64,000 bases of DNA, from contig JAHPZE010000003.1 of assembly GCA_019058365.1 (NCBI GenBank), positions 32,001 to 96,000 of the forward strand. Reading direction: 5' to 3'. The DNA is from Promethearchaeota archaeon. Its GTDB lineage: Archaea > Asgardarchaeota > Lokiarchaeia > Sigyniarchaeales > SOKP01. Shown one piece after another: positions 1 to 9,827 of this stretch; position 1 is the first letter of the stretch; each line of letters starts with the position of its first letter. Position numbers and translations under genes: made by a program. Below the pieces are notes generated by a model, which did not search any database, was not told the origin of the DNA, and was given only the letters and a program-made list of their open reading frames with translations.

Positions 1-1590
1 ATCATCAATTACAAGCCAATCTTTATTTGTGGGTGCTATTTGAGTTTTCTTTCCATATATTGGAGCTAAATGTCTGCATATCAAGAGTTCTTTCATTGTT
101 TCTACTGGGTTATTGTTTTCTAAACCTGGTATCAACATATTTAAATCAAGAATACTGTCACCATGAAAAATTAATGAATTTACATTGTGCGTTTGAATAA
201 GTGAAGGATTCCCTATACAAATAACACCGCTATTTATAAGTTCTGCTGAATATTTCTTTGGTACAGCGGGTCTAGGAATTGCATTCCTTACTGGTTCATG
301 GTTTCCTGAGCTATAGAAAATTTTTATATAATCTGGAATGTTTGAAAGCATTTCTGTGGCTTTTTTAAATTGGTTATAGATATCAGGTATGTTAAGATCA
401 TCCTTTTGGGTAGGATATACACCAATACCATCAACGAGATCGCCATTTATTATAATATATTTAATTCTTCCAGCTTGTTCTCTTTGATTCTTATTTCCTA
501 TTTTCCCATTTAAGAAATCTATAAACCTATTCCATAATTTTTCTTCAAATTCTTTACTACCGATGTGAGTATCAGAAATCAAAACAATCGATAAAGGATC
601 TGGCGATTTATTTGGTAAATAATTCTTGGGAATATCAATTTTTGATATATAAGTGCAATATATTATCCCACTTTTACCTCTTTCTCCTGGATTGTAAGTA
701 CCCTCTATATAAATCATTTGATCGTTAATTGTTCTTTCCGCTATTTTTATATTATCTTGGTTTTCTGAATCTTTACGGATTATAATATTAATAAAATTAG
801 TTTGATCTTCCAATGTTAAAAAAAAATTTCCATTTTTAGTCTTCCGAATTTGATTAACCATTCCTATTGCAGAAACTTCTACTCTATTAGTTAATCTTAA
901 AATATTGTTAATATTATTAGCTGAAAGTACTTCTGGTCTCTTTTTAATTAAACTCCTAAGTTTATTGAATTTATCTAAAGTTAAATTGTAAAAATCTTCA
1001 TAATCTCCATTTGTATAGAGTTTTCCAGTAGGATCTTTTAAAATTTCATATTGAAAGTCAAAATTTTTTGCTATTGGCTTAAATCCTACCGTTGATTTCG
1101 AACTTCCAAAAGGAGAAACTTTTTGGTTATTCTTCTTTGAGATTTTAAGTGGATTATTATCAAGATTATTTAAGATTAGGGGATTCTCATTAATTTCTAA
1201 TTGATTTTTAAGGTGATCTGCATATTCAGATTTTTCATGAGTTTTTATTTTGATTTTTTCAGTTTCTATTATACTTAGTGAACTTGACAACTCAGTTTTG
1301 TCATTCTCTCCTAATTGTTTGTCTTGAATAGCTACTGAACTTATTTCTTTTAACATGACTGTCTTTAATGACTTGCTTAGTTCCTCGTTTGAAATTTTCT
1401 TTAAAATATCTTTTGTTAAATGACCCTCAAAATTAGGGAGAAAACTAACATTTTTAATAATTAATTTAACTTTTTTTAAGGGTTCCTCTAAATTTATAAG
1501 AAGATCTAGAATTGAAGGTGTTATATTGATGCCAGAATTGACCAAATCTTTGATAATGACTTTTTTTTCACTTATATTATCGGTTTTCAA
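1..1590 (-). CDS. polB: DNA polymerase D small (proofreading exonuclease) subunit DP1, runs off the left edge
   Basis: Not in the ORF track. Manual translation from TTG at 1590 (MKTDNISEKK) gives calcineurin-like phosphoesterase motifs LISDTHIGS, GDLVDGIGVYP, GNHEP, FHGDS and RHLAPIYG; divergent from DP2. Confidence 0.93.
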   Translation of the reverse strand, partial: MKTDNISEKKVIIKDLVNSGINITPSILDLLINLEEPLKKVKLIIKNVSFLPNFEGHLTKDILKKISNEELSKSLKTVMLKEISSVAIQDKQLGENDKTELSSSLSIIETEKIKIKTHEKSEYADHLKNQLEINENPLILNNLDNNPLKISKKNNQKVSPFGSSKSTVGFKPIAKNFDFQYEILKDPTGKLYTNGDYEDFYNLTLDKFNKLRSLIKKRPEVLSANNINNILRLTNRVEVSAIGMVNQIRKTKNGNFFLTLEDQTNFINIIIRKDSENQDNIKIAERTINDQMIYIEGTYNPGERGKSGIIYCTYISKIDIPKNYLPNKSPDPLSIVLISDTHIGSKEFEEKLWNRFIDFLNGKIGNKNQREQAGRIKYIIINGDLVDGIGVYPTQKDDLNIPDIYNQFKKATEMLSNIPDYIKIFYSSGNHEPVRNAIPRPAVPKKYSAELINSGVICIGNPSLIQTHNVNSLIFHGDSILDLNMLIPGLENNNPVETMKELLICRHLAPIYGKKTQIAPTNKDWLVIDD

Positions 1591-1830
1591 TATTCTACTA
1601 TCTAAAATGGAATTATAATAATAATTGAGGAAAATAAATAAATTATTTATTATTAAAGGAAAAACATCTTTATTTTTATAAGGGAAGAGTGTAGAAAATT
1701 AGCATTCTCTATAATTTTATAAATGAAATAGCTGATTAATAAATGAATTTAATTTAATTCATAAAAATAAGAATATTAATTCTAAGTTTTATTAAATTAG
1801 TTTTTCTCAATTTTAAAAATAGGTTAGTTT

Positions 1831-4800
1831 ATGCCAGACATGAGTAGAGCTATGGAATTATATTTTAATCAAATTCAAAAGCAAGTCAATGAATGTTATT
1901 CAATTGCTGAGCAAGCACGGCAAAAAGGTTTAGATCCTGAATTAGAAGTGGAATCCCCTCAGGCAAAAGATTTAGCTGGACGAGTAGAAAAACTTGTAGG
2001 GCCCGTGGGTGTTGCAGAGGTAATACGGGAGTTAAAAATAAAAGGATTGACTGAGGATGAACTTGTCTTTAAAGTAGTTGCTGATATTTTAGATGAAAAA
2101 ATTGGAAAGATTGCATCTTTAGAGGCCCGTGTGGATAGAGCAATAAGAGTAGGATTAGCTATTAAAACAATGGGTGTTGTAAGTGCTCCCCTGGAAGGAA
2201 TTTCTAAAATTTTAATTCGAAAAGATAATTTTGGCAGAAAATATCTATCTCTCTACTTTGCAGGCCCAATTCGGGCTGCAGGGGGGACAACCGCTGCACT
2301 TTGCGTATTAATTGCTGATTATGTAAGAAGAAAATCAAAAATTCCAAAATATGAAGCATCTGAAGCTGAAATTGGTAGATATGTTGAGGAGGTTAAATTA
2401 TATGACAGAATAGTACATTTACAATATCCTTCATCTAACCAAGAAATTCGATATGCTGTGAATCGATTGCCAGTAGAAATAAATGGTGATTCAACTGAAG
2501 ACGAAGAAGTGTCAGCATTCAGAGATCTACCTAGGATTGAAACAAATAATGTTAGAGGTGGTGCTTGTTTAGTTTTAAACGATGGTATTCTTCTTAAAGC
2601 ACCAAAATTACTAAAGATTGCTAAGGCTATGAAATTAGAAGGTTGGGACTGGCTTGAGGAATTAAAGAAAATTGCTCAGAAGCAAGATAATCAGGAGAAA
2701 GAAGAAAAAAGTGAGAAAAAAAACAATGTAAAAATCACCCCAAATTCGAAATTTGTTGCTGATATTATTGCTGGACGCCCAGTTTTCAGTCATCCTTCAG
2801 AAGTAGGTGGTCATAGAATAAGATATGGGCGTTCTAGAAATACGGGACTCGCCGCAGGAGGGATGCATCCGGCCACAATGGCTGTTTTAGATGATTTTGT
2901 AGCAATTGGAACACAATTGAGAATTGAACGTCCGGGAAAAAGCGCAAGTATATGTCCCGTGGATGGCATTGAACCACCAATTGTAAAACTGCAAAATGGT
3001 GATGTAATAAAAGTTTCAAGCATCAATAAAGCTAAACAGATTTTTTCTGAAATTAAAAAAGTGCTATTTATTGGCGATATATTGTTTGGATATGGTGAAT
3101 TTACTGAAAACAACCATCTATTAGTGCCCTCTGGATATGTAGAAGAGTGGTGGGCATTAGAATTAGAAAAATCTATTATTAACCTAGAAAAATGTGATAA
3201 GCAGCTACAAGCATTTATTAATAATCCTTTTACAAATATTCCTACAGCAGAAGAAGCAATTCAAATTTCAAAAAGATTTGATATTCCCTTACATCCTTCA
3301 TATTTGGATTTCTGGGGGAATATTACATTAGAAGAATTGGATTTATTACGAACTACGTTAATTAAGAGTTTCTCTAAATCTGAACGAAATATCAAGTTAA
3401 ATTATGAGAAATCGATAAAAAAGATTTTGGAAAAAGCATTTGTACTTCATAGAATAAAAGATAATAAAATAGTATTTAATAAAACAATGAGTCTCATTTA
3501 TAAAACAATTTTTAACTTAGAAGATGAAAAACTCATAAAAATTGAAAAGAATGATGATGTTTTCAATTATTTTTATAAGATTTCTTCACTCAAAATAAAA
3601 AATAAAGCACCATATTATATAGGCTCACGTATGGGAAGACCAGAAAAATCAGAAAGAAAAAGCATGAAAGGAGTTCATACATTATTTCCTTTAAGTGATG
3701 TTGTTGGTAGTTCGAGATTACTTGAAAAAGCCATAGGACATAATATTAAAAAAAGAAATGAAAATGAATTTGGATCTAAAAAAAGGAAGTCTATCGATTT
3801 TGGAAATAAAAATAACGTTGTAGAAACTGGTAAAGTCAGAATCGATGTATGTAGAAAAAAGTGTATGAATTGTGGGAAGTCGAGCATCTTTAATATTTGT
3901 CCGGTTTGTGGCACTCATACCGAAGTACAAAAAATCTGTCCACGATGCAAATTATTATATCCAACATTTGAGGAAAAATGCTCTAAGTGTCATGAAACTC
4001 TGAAAACCTCAAGTGAAGCTAAATTTAACATGAAAAAGTATGTAAACTCAGTATTAAAATCACTTAATATGCAATTACCTAAGAAAATAAAAGGTATTAT
4101 TGGATTAAGTAATGAATATAAAGTTCCAGAACCACTTGAAAAAGGAATTTTAAGAGCAAAAAATAATGTTTTAGTCTATAAAACAGCTGAGATAAGATAT
4201 GATGCCACAGATATACCATTAACTCATTTCAAGCCAAATGAAATTGGTACATCAATAAATTTATTAAAAAAATTAGGATATGAGACTGATTATTATAAAG
4301 ATCCTCTCAATAATGAAAATCAGGTTTTAGAATTGAAAGTTCAAGATGTCATTTTGTCTGATGACTGTGCTAAATACTTTATAAAGGTAGCTAAGTTCTT
4401 AGATGAAGAATTAGAGTTGTTTTATAAACTAAAGTGCTTTTATAATGTGTCTGTTAAAGAAGATTTAATAGGTCATTTAGTTGTGGGTTTAGCTCCTCAC
4501 ACGAGTGCCGGAATTATAGGAAGAATAATTGGTTTTACCCCAGCTCGATCAATCTATGCCCATCCTTATTGGCATGCCGCAAAGAGAAGAAATTGTGATG
4601 GAGATGAAGATGGGCTTATGCTACTTTTAGATCCTTTATTAAATTTTTCCAGACATTATCTCCCAAGTAAAATAGGAGGTCGGATGGACGCAACTCTAGT
4701 AATTGGTACAAAGATTGACCCTAATGAAATTGATGTGGAAGCGCTTAATATAGATACATTATTTAAATATCCTTTAGAATTTTATGAAGCAACTGAACGA

Positions 4801-5352
4801 TATTGTTCACCATCAGAAATAGAACCAATAATGAACCTAGTTAAAAATAATTTAGGTACAGAAGAACAGTATGAAAATATTGGCTATAATATTCCAACCG
4901 ATGATATTAATGAAGGTCCTAAAACTACGGCATACAAATTATATGAAACTATGGATGATAAGATTGAAGCTCAACTACAACTTGCAAACATCATCAAACC
5001 TGTTAATGCAAAGAAAGTAGCCGAGAAAATATTAATTACTCATTTCAATCCAGATATTCTTGGTAATTTAAGAAAATTTTCTGTTCAAAATTTTCGTTGC
5101 GTTAAATGCAATGAAAAATACAGGCGTCCTCCCTTATCAAACGGCGGTAAATGCCCTAAATGCGGAAACAGAATAATATTGACAGTAAATCGTGGGGGTA
5201 TTGAAAAATATATTCCTCGAGCCTTAAATTTAGTTAAAATATTTAATTTAGATAATTATACAAAACAAAGGATGGAATTAATTGAGGAATACGTAGAAAG
5301 TTTAACGAATAATCCAAAAATTAAACAACATAAGCTATCTGACTTTTTTTAA
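1831..5352 (+). CDS. polC: DNA polymerase D large subunit DP2
   Basis: FAGPIRAAGGT, RYGRSRNTGLA, catalytic RRNCDGDED and Cys-rich zinc modules; no intein. Confidence 0.98.
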   Translation: MPDMSRAMELYFNQIQKQVNECYSIAEQARQKGLDPELEVESPQAKDLAGRVEKLVGPVGVAEVIRELKIKGLTEDELVFKVVADILDEKIGKIASLEARVDRAIRVGLAIKTMGVVSAPLEGISKILIRKDNFGRKYLSLYFAGPIRAAGGTTAALCVLIADYVRRKSKIPKYEASEAEIGRYVEEVKLYDRIVHLQYPSSNQEIRYAVNRLPVEINGDSTEDEEVSAFRDLPRIETNNVRGGACLVLNDGILLKAPKLLKIAKAMKLEGWDWLEELKKIAQKQDNQEKEEKSEKKNNVKITPNSKFVADIIAGRPVFSHPSEVGGHRIRYGRSRNTGLAAGGMHPATMAVLDDFVAIGTQLRIERPGKSASICPVDGIEPPIVKLQNGDVIKVSSINKAKQIFSEIKKVLFIGDILFGYGEFTENNHLLVPSGYVEEWWALELEKSIINLEKCDKQLQAFINNPFTNIPTAEEAIQISKRFDIPLHPSYLDFWGNITLEELDLLRTTLIKSFSKSERNIKLNYEKSIKKILEKAFVLHRIKDNKIVFNKTMSLIYKTIFNLEDEKLIKIEKNDDVFNYFYKISSLKIKNKAPYYIGSRMGRPEKSERKSMKGVHTLFPLSDVVGSSRLLEKAIGHNIKKRNENEFGSKKRKSIDFGNKNNVVETGKVRIDVCRKKCMNCGKSSIFNICPVCGTHTEVQKICPRCKLLYPTFEEKCSKCHETLKTSSEAKFNMKKYVNSVLKSLNMQLPKKIKGIIGLSNEYKVPEPLEKGILRAKNNVLVYKTAEIRYDATDIPLTHFKPNEIGTSINLLKKLGYETDYYKDPLNNENQVLELKVQDVILSDDCAKYFIKVAKFLDEELELFYKLKCFYNVSVKEDLIGHLVVGLAPHTSAGIIGRIIGFTPARSIYAHPYWHAAKRRNCDGDEDGLMLLLDPLLNFSRHYLPSKIGGRMDATLVIGTKIDPNEIDVEALNIDTLFKYPLEFYEATERYCSPSEIEPIMNLVKNNLGTEEQYENIGYNIPTDDINEGPKTTAYKLYETMDDKIEAQLQLANIIKPVNAKKVAEKILITHFNPDILGNLRKFSVQNFRCVKCNEKYRRPPLSNGGKCPKCGNRIILTVNRGGIEKYIPRALNLVKIFNLDNYTKQRMELIEEYVESLTNNPKIKQHKLSDFF

Positions 5353-6550
5353 CATCCTCTATCCTTAAATCAATGCTTCTTAATGCTTGATGACATATAT
5401 TTAAACATCCATTTAGATTTTCTAAAGAACATTTGTCAGGTGTATCTTTTAACGAATGAATATATTTTGAATCCTTACTTGAATGAAAGCACATTACTTG
5501 AAATTTACTCCTCACTTTTCTAGCATATTTCCTGAAGGATTTATAGTCACTATTGGGTTTAAGAGTTTTGTTATAAATTTGTAGGGGAATATTCAATTGC
5601 TTTGCTGTTGCCCTAAAAATTTCATTTAAATTTCGATTTATTTTTTTTCTAAATAATCCTGATCTATTTAAAAGCCCTATATAACTGCCAATCATATCAA
5701 TATTAATATTAAAGGATTTATCAAGATCATATGTCTGGTTAAGACTGTTAAAATGTGTTTTGCAGAACTTTTTTGATCCCTTTAAACCCCATTCTTCAGC
5801 TCCAGGCCATAAAATCAGAATATCTGTTCTTTCAAGGGGATTTTTTTTGAAAACCTTTGCCAATTCAATTGATATAGCAACTCCACTTGCATTATCGATT
5901 GATCCTGACGACGGATGGTCTTTAAATACTAAATACAACATGGGGATTGAAATAAATATCGCAATAATTGAAGTAAAAGCTATGGTAGTTACAATAAAAT
6001 TAGAGAGAGAGATAAATGCTAAAATATTGAGAAAAAATATTGTTATAAAAACGAAAAAGATTATACCATAAAAAAAAACTATCAATCTATAAATGAAAAA
6101 GATAATAACTTGCAACTTAAAAGGGATATTTGCAGAAATGGAGTCATAATGAGCAGATATTATTACCAATGGTCGATTAGGTGCTTTTTCTTTAGCGGAA
6201 ATTAACGTAAATATGTTTTTTGATTTCTCTGCTTTTATGAATGAAATATTACGTAGGGTTTCAAACATGTTTTTTATAATGAAATAAGCTATGACAATTA
6301 AGATCATACGGAAAAGTATTAAATTGATAAGTATAAGAATGTAACTCACCCTCATAAGTATCTTGAGTGGGCCTGTCCAATCAAAATGTTCAATTTCCGG
6401 TTTAAGATTATTCTGTTTTAACTCTTTTGCTATATAATTTAATGCTTCGGTCTCTCCTGTAGATGAAGCTGTTCGGTTAAAAGCTAAAGAATATATGTGC
6501 TCCATCGTTTTCGGCTCATTATTTAATTGCAAACTTGAAATCAAAATCAC
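5321..6550 (-). CDS. M28 family metallopeptidase with transmembrane inserts
   Basis: SAHYDS, DNASG, GAEEWGL, NIDMIG and IHSLKDT motifs; hydrophobic segments; overlaps the DP2 3' end. Confidence 0.85.
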   Translation of the reverse strand: MILISSLQLNNEPKTMEHIYSLAFNRTASSTGETEALNYIAKELKQNNLKPEIEHFDWTGPLKILMRVSYILILINLILFRMILIVIAYFIIKNMFETLRNISFIKAEKSKNIFTLISAKEKAPNRPLVIISAHYDSISANIPFKLQVIIFFIYRLIVFFYGIIFFVFITIFFLNILAFISLSNFIVTTIAFTSIIAIFISIPMLYLVFKDHPSSGSIDNASGVAISIELAKVFKKNPLERTDILILWPGAEEWGLKGSKKFCKTHFNSLNQTYDLDKSFNINIDMIGSYIGLLNRSGLFRKKINRNLNEIFRATAKQLNIPLQIYNKTLKPNSDYKSFRKYARKVRSKFQVMCFHSSKDSKYIHSLKDTPDKCSLENLNGCLNICHQALRSIDLRIEDVKKSQIAYVV

Positions 6551-6790
6551 TTATACAATATGTTATTTATTATTATAATTTATTAATTAGGAGAAATGAT
6601 CTCAATTTAAATGCTCTTAGTATAGAAATCAAATATATCATAATATTAAGTTAAATAATATAAGTCTTTAAAATTTAAATTGATTTATCCACGGTTTAAT
6701 TCAATAAGTATTATTATAAAAATTTAGATTTTTCAATGTTTTTCTTTCCATACTTCTACAGATTCAATTCTATTATTTAGAAATATAATG

Positions 6791-6933
6791 TGCAGGAGGT
6801 GGGATTCGAACCCACGAATTTAGGTCGAGGAGATATTTCCTTCGAAGACCTATGTCACTAGAGCCTCAGTAACGCCATAAAAGCACAAAAGTGTAATATT
6901 CTAGCGCCGTAGACCAGGCTTGGCAACTCCTGC
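6791..6933 (-). tRNA. tRNA-Leu(GAG) with two non-canonical introns (6871-6900 and 6819-6846)
   Basis: Acceptor GCAGGAG/CTCCTGC, T-arm GTGGG-TTCGAAT-CCCAC. Removing both inserts restores anticodon arm CTAGA-CTGAGGC-TCTAG and variable arm GAC-ATAG-GTC. Confidence 0.9.
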
Positions 6934-7270
6934 GAGGATAAAATTTTCTTTTTGTTAGTATATTTCTTGTTGGGGACTTGATCATAGATAATGAATTTAA
7001 TTTTTAATATTTTATTCCCCTATTATCTTTAATTAATAAATCAAAATAAAAAATAAGAGAGTAATTTCCAATCCTCAAAGCAAAATGATATTAGATCTTA
7101 CTTTAAACTGAATTAATGATAGGTACATTTTATTTTTATAAACCATAATTCTAAATTCTTTGAATTTTATCGTATTCTATAAATTTTAATAACAAATCTA
7201 TTATATTAAATAATATATTTTAGTTTATTTATAATAAATTTGAAACCAAAGTATAAAGGATATCGGATTC

Positions 7271-8284
7271 ATGTCAGTCGATCGAGATAAACTTGAAGCA
7301 CTTCTAAAATGGTATAAGCAAGAAGTTGGAGAGAACTTAATCGCTGTTCTCATTGTAAATAGAGAAGGTTTAGTAATGTCTGCATTAAAAGGATCATCAG
7401 ATCAAGATGTAGAAGAAGATGTAATTGGTGGGGTGAGTGCATTAGTAGAACCTGTTTTAACCAGAATTACAGAGGAATTTAGTTCTGGATCTTTTGGAAC
7501 TGGAACGTTCGATACAGAAGAGCAAAGATTTATTTTTTGCGAAGCTGGTCCGGAAGCAATTTTTGTAACTGTTTTGAATTCTATTGCCATGGTAGATCCT
7601 GTTTTTCCATATGCATATTTAGCTGCAGAAAAAATTGCCAGAATATTTGATGGAAGAACTGTAAGTCCTGTAATTCCTAAATTATTCACAGAAAGAGAAA
7701 CGCCAAAGATTGAAAGAAAAATTGATAAATTACAGCAAATCAAGATACAATCAGGAGAATATGCGTTCAAGTTAATCCTTGGTGGCGAAGGTGGTGTTGG
7801 AAAAACCAGTATGGTTCATCGATTTGTTGAGGATGCGTTTCAGACTGATTATAAATCCACAATTGGGACATCCATAATGAAAAAAGAGTGTGATTTTCAA
7901 GGTTTAGAATCTAAAGTACGTTTTGTTATTTGGGATTTAGCGGGTCAAGCGCAATTTAAACGTGTAAGGCAAACATATCTAGGAAATGCCGAAGCAGGTA
8001 TTTTAGTTTTTGATGTAACTCGTAAAGAAACCTTCGATAAATTAGAAGATTGGTTCAATGAAATTAAGAAGGTATCTTTAACAATTTCATTAATATTAGT
8101 GGGAAATAAGATAGATCTGGAAGATCAACGGATTATATCGCTTGGACAAGGAGAAGAACTCGCACAAAAATTGAACCTTTCTTATATTGAAACTTCTGCT
8201 AAAACAGGGGAAAATATAAATGATGCATTTAAAATGCTCGCTTTACAAATGATAAAACGCTTTGTTTTTACTGAAGAAGTATGA
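7271..8284 (+). CDS. Roadblock/LC7 domain fused to a Rab-like small GTPase
   Basis: N-terminal roadblock pattern (AVLIVNREGLVMS); C-terminal GEGGVGKTS, WDLAGQ, NKID and ETSAK. Confidence 0.9.
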   Translation: MSVDRDKLEALLKWYKQEVGENLIAVLIVNREGLVMSALKGSSDQDVEEDVIGGVSALVEPVLTRITEEFSSGSFGTGTFDTEEQRFIFCEAGPEAIFVTVLNSIAMVDPVFPYAYLAAEKIARIFDGRTVSPVIPKLFTERETPKIERKIDKLQQIKIQSGEYAFKLILGGEGGVGKTSMVHRFVEDAFQTDYKSTIGTSIMKKECDFQGLESKVRFVIWDLAGQAQFKRVRQTYLGNAEAGILVFDVTRKETFDKLEDWFNEIKKVSLTISLILVGNKIDLEDQRIISLGQGEELAQKLNLSYIETSAKTGENINDAFKMLALQMIKRFVFTEEV

Positions 8285-8288
8285 TGAA

Positions 8289-8390
8289 AGCCTCTGGGGG
8301 GAATTGAACCCCCGACCTACAGATTACGAATCTTTAGCATTTTCTTCAAAGTGACATTTAATGTTGCTATACCTGCTAAGCCACAGAGGC
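8289..8390 (-). tRNA. tRNA-Thr(CGT) with a 29-nt intron at 28/29 (8334-8362)
   Basis: Acceptor GCCTCTG/CAGAGGC; spliced anticodon arm ACAGA-TTCGTAA-TCTGT; BHB central helix AGCA/TGCT with ACA and AAA bulges. Confidence 0.9.
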
Positions 8391-8456
8391 AAGAAATTTT
8401 AAAAATATGAGTTACTTCAAAAATTATAATTATGATAAAATTTTAAATTTTATTTA

Positions 8457-9482
8457 ATGAAAAATAATCTTCAAGTAGGAAATTTAGGAGAAATAAAAAT
8501 AATAAAACTTATAGAAGAACTGGTTTTGAAAAAAACTGGAAAAGATCTTTTAAGAGATGATTCTTTTTTTTTTGAATTTAAAAACCAAGATTCAAATAGA
8601 AATATTGTTTTAAATTCTGATATGTTAGTCTCCACAACAGATGTCCCACCTCAAATGAATTCCTATCAGATCGGTAGGAAATCTGTATTAATGAATGTGA
8701 GTGATTTACTGGTTAAAGGTGTTAGACCAAGTGGTTTAATTATATCTTTTGGTCTTCCAAGGGAATTGAAAAAATATGAGTTAATTGAATTATTAAATGG
8801 GATTATTGATTACAGTGTTAAATTTAATCTGGATTATATTGGGGGAGACGTTAATGAAACAAAAGAATTAATCATAAATCCAACTGTATTTGGTTTTAAA
8901 AATCCTTCAGCAATGATTTATAGGAAGGGGATAAATATAGGTGATATCTTAATAGCTAATAATAAATTTGGTTTAACGGGAGTAGGTTTTGACATCCTTT
9001 TAAACAAAAAAGGTGGTTCTCATGAGTTTCCAAATTATGAAAGATCTATTATGAGTGTATTAGAGCCTAAAATCACCGGAAATGAAGCGTTCATATTATC
9101 AGAAAGAAATTTGGCAACTTCAAGTATAGATTCGTCAGATGGGTTGTTTAAATCTTTACAAGATTTAATGTTATCAAATCCTAATTTAGGTTTTGAAATC
9201 TACTTTAATGAAGATTTAATTGATACAGAAGCGATTAAATATTCCAATGAATTCAATGTTTCCTTAGAAGATTTAGTTTTAGGTGGGGGTGAAGAATTTA
9301 TTCACTTATTTACTATTGATCCTTCAGATTTTAATACAGCTCAACAAGAAATTCAATCTAAATATGGACAGATTTTTAAAATTGGAAAAGTATTATATGG
9401 AGAACATATATATATTGTTAAAGAGGGTGAAAAAAAAGAATTAAAGAGTCATGGTTTTGAGCATTTCAACAAAAGGACTTGA
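8457..9482 (+). CDS. thiL: Thiamine-monophosphate kinase
   Basis: GE N-terminus, NVSDL, IGGD, IDSSDGL and GGEEF motifs; C-terminal GFEHF. Confidence 0.92.
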   Translation: MKNNLQVGNLGEIKIIKLIEELVLKKTGKDLLRDDSFFFEFKNQDSNRNIVLNSDMLVSTTDVPPQMNSYQIGRKSVLMNVSDLLVKGVRPSGLIISFGLPRELKKYELIELLNGIIDYSVKFNLDYIGGDVNETKELIINPTVFGFKNPSAMIYRKGINIGDILIANNKFGLTGVGFDILLNKKGGSHEFPNYERSIMSVLEPKITGNEAFILSERNLATSSIDSSDGLFKSLQDLMLSNPNLGFEIYFNEDLIDTEAIKYSNEFNVSLEDLVLGGGEEFIHLFTIDPSDFNTAQQEIQSKYGQIFKIGKVLYGEHIYIVKEGEKKELKSHGFEHFNKRT

Positions 9483-9607
9483 GATTTTATAGCTTTTACT
9501 ATATTATTTAAAAATTGAAGGAAAGAAACTCATTTAAATAAAATTTTTATATTATAATGGATTTATTCTTATGCAATTTACGTCTACACATAAAAAAAAT
9601 TCTTTAA

Positions 9608-9711
9608 GGGCTATTGGCGCAGGCAGGTAGCGCAGCAGGCTTTTAACCTGACATTTAAGGGTATATCTCCCTTAAAAAGAAAGGTCGGGGGTTCAATTCC
9701 CCTATAGCCCG
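9608..9711 (+). tRNA. tRNA-Lys(TTT) with a ~30-nt insert near 43-45 (about 9653-9682)
   Basis: Acceptor GGGCTAT/ATAGCCC, D-stem GCGC/GCGC, CAGG-CTTTTAA-CCTG; the insert folds as TTTAAGGG/CCCTTAAA. Confidence 0.85.
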
Positions 9712-9827
9712 TTATTTTCCACTAATATATTAATAGTCGATTATCATCTAAAGAAATTTTATTAAGAAAAATTTATGAAATCTTTAAGTTTATAATTAAT
9801 TAATTATTCCTTTCACTATTATTCAGT

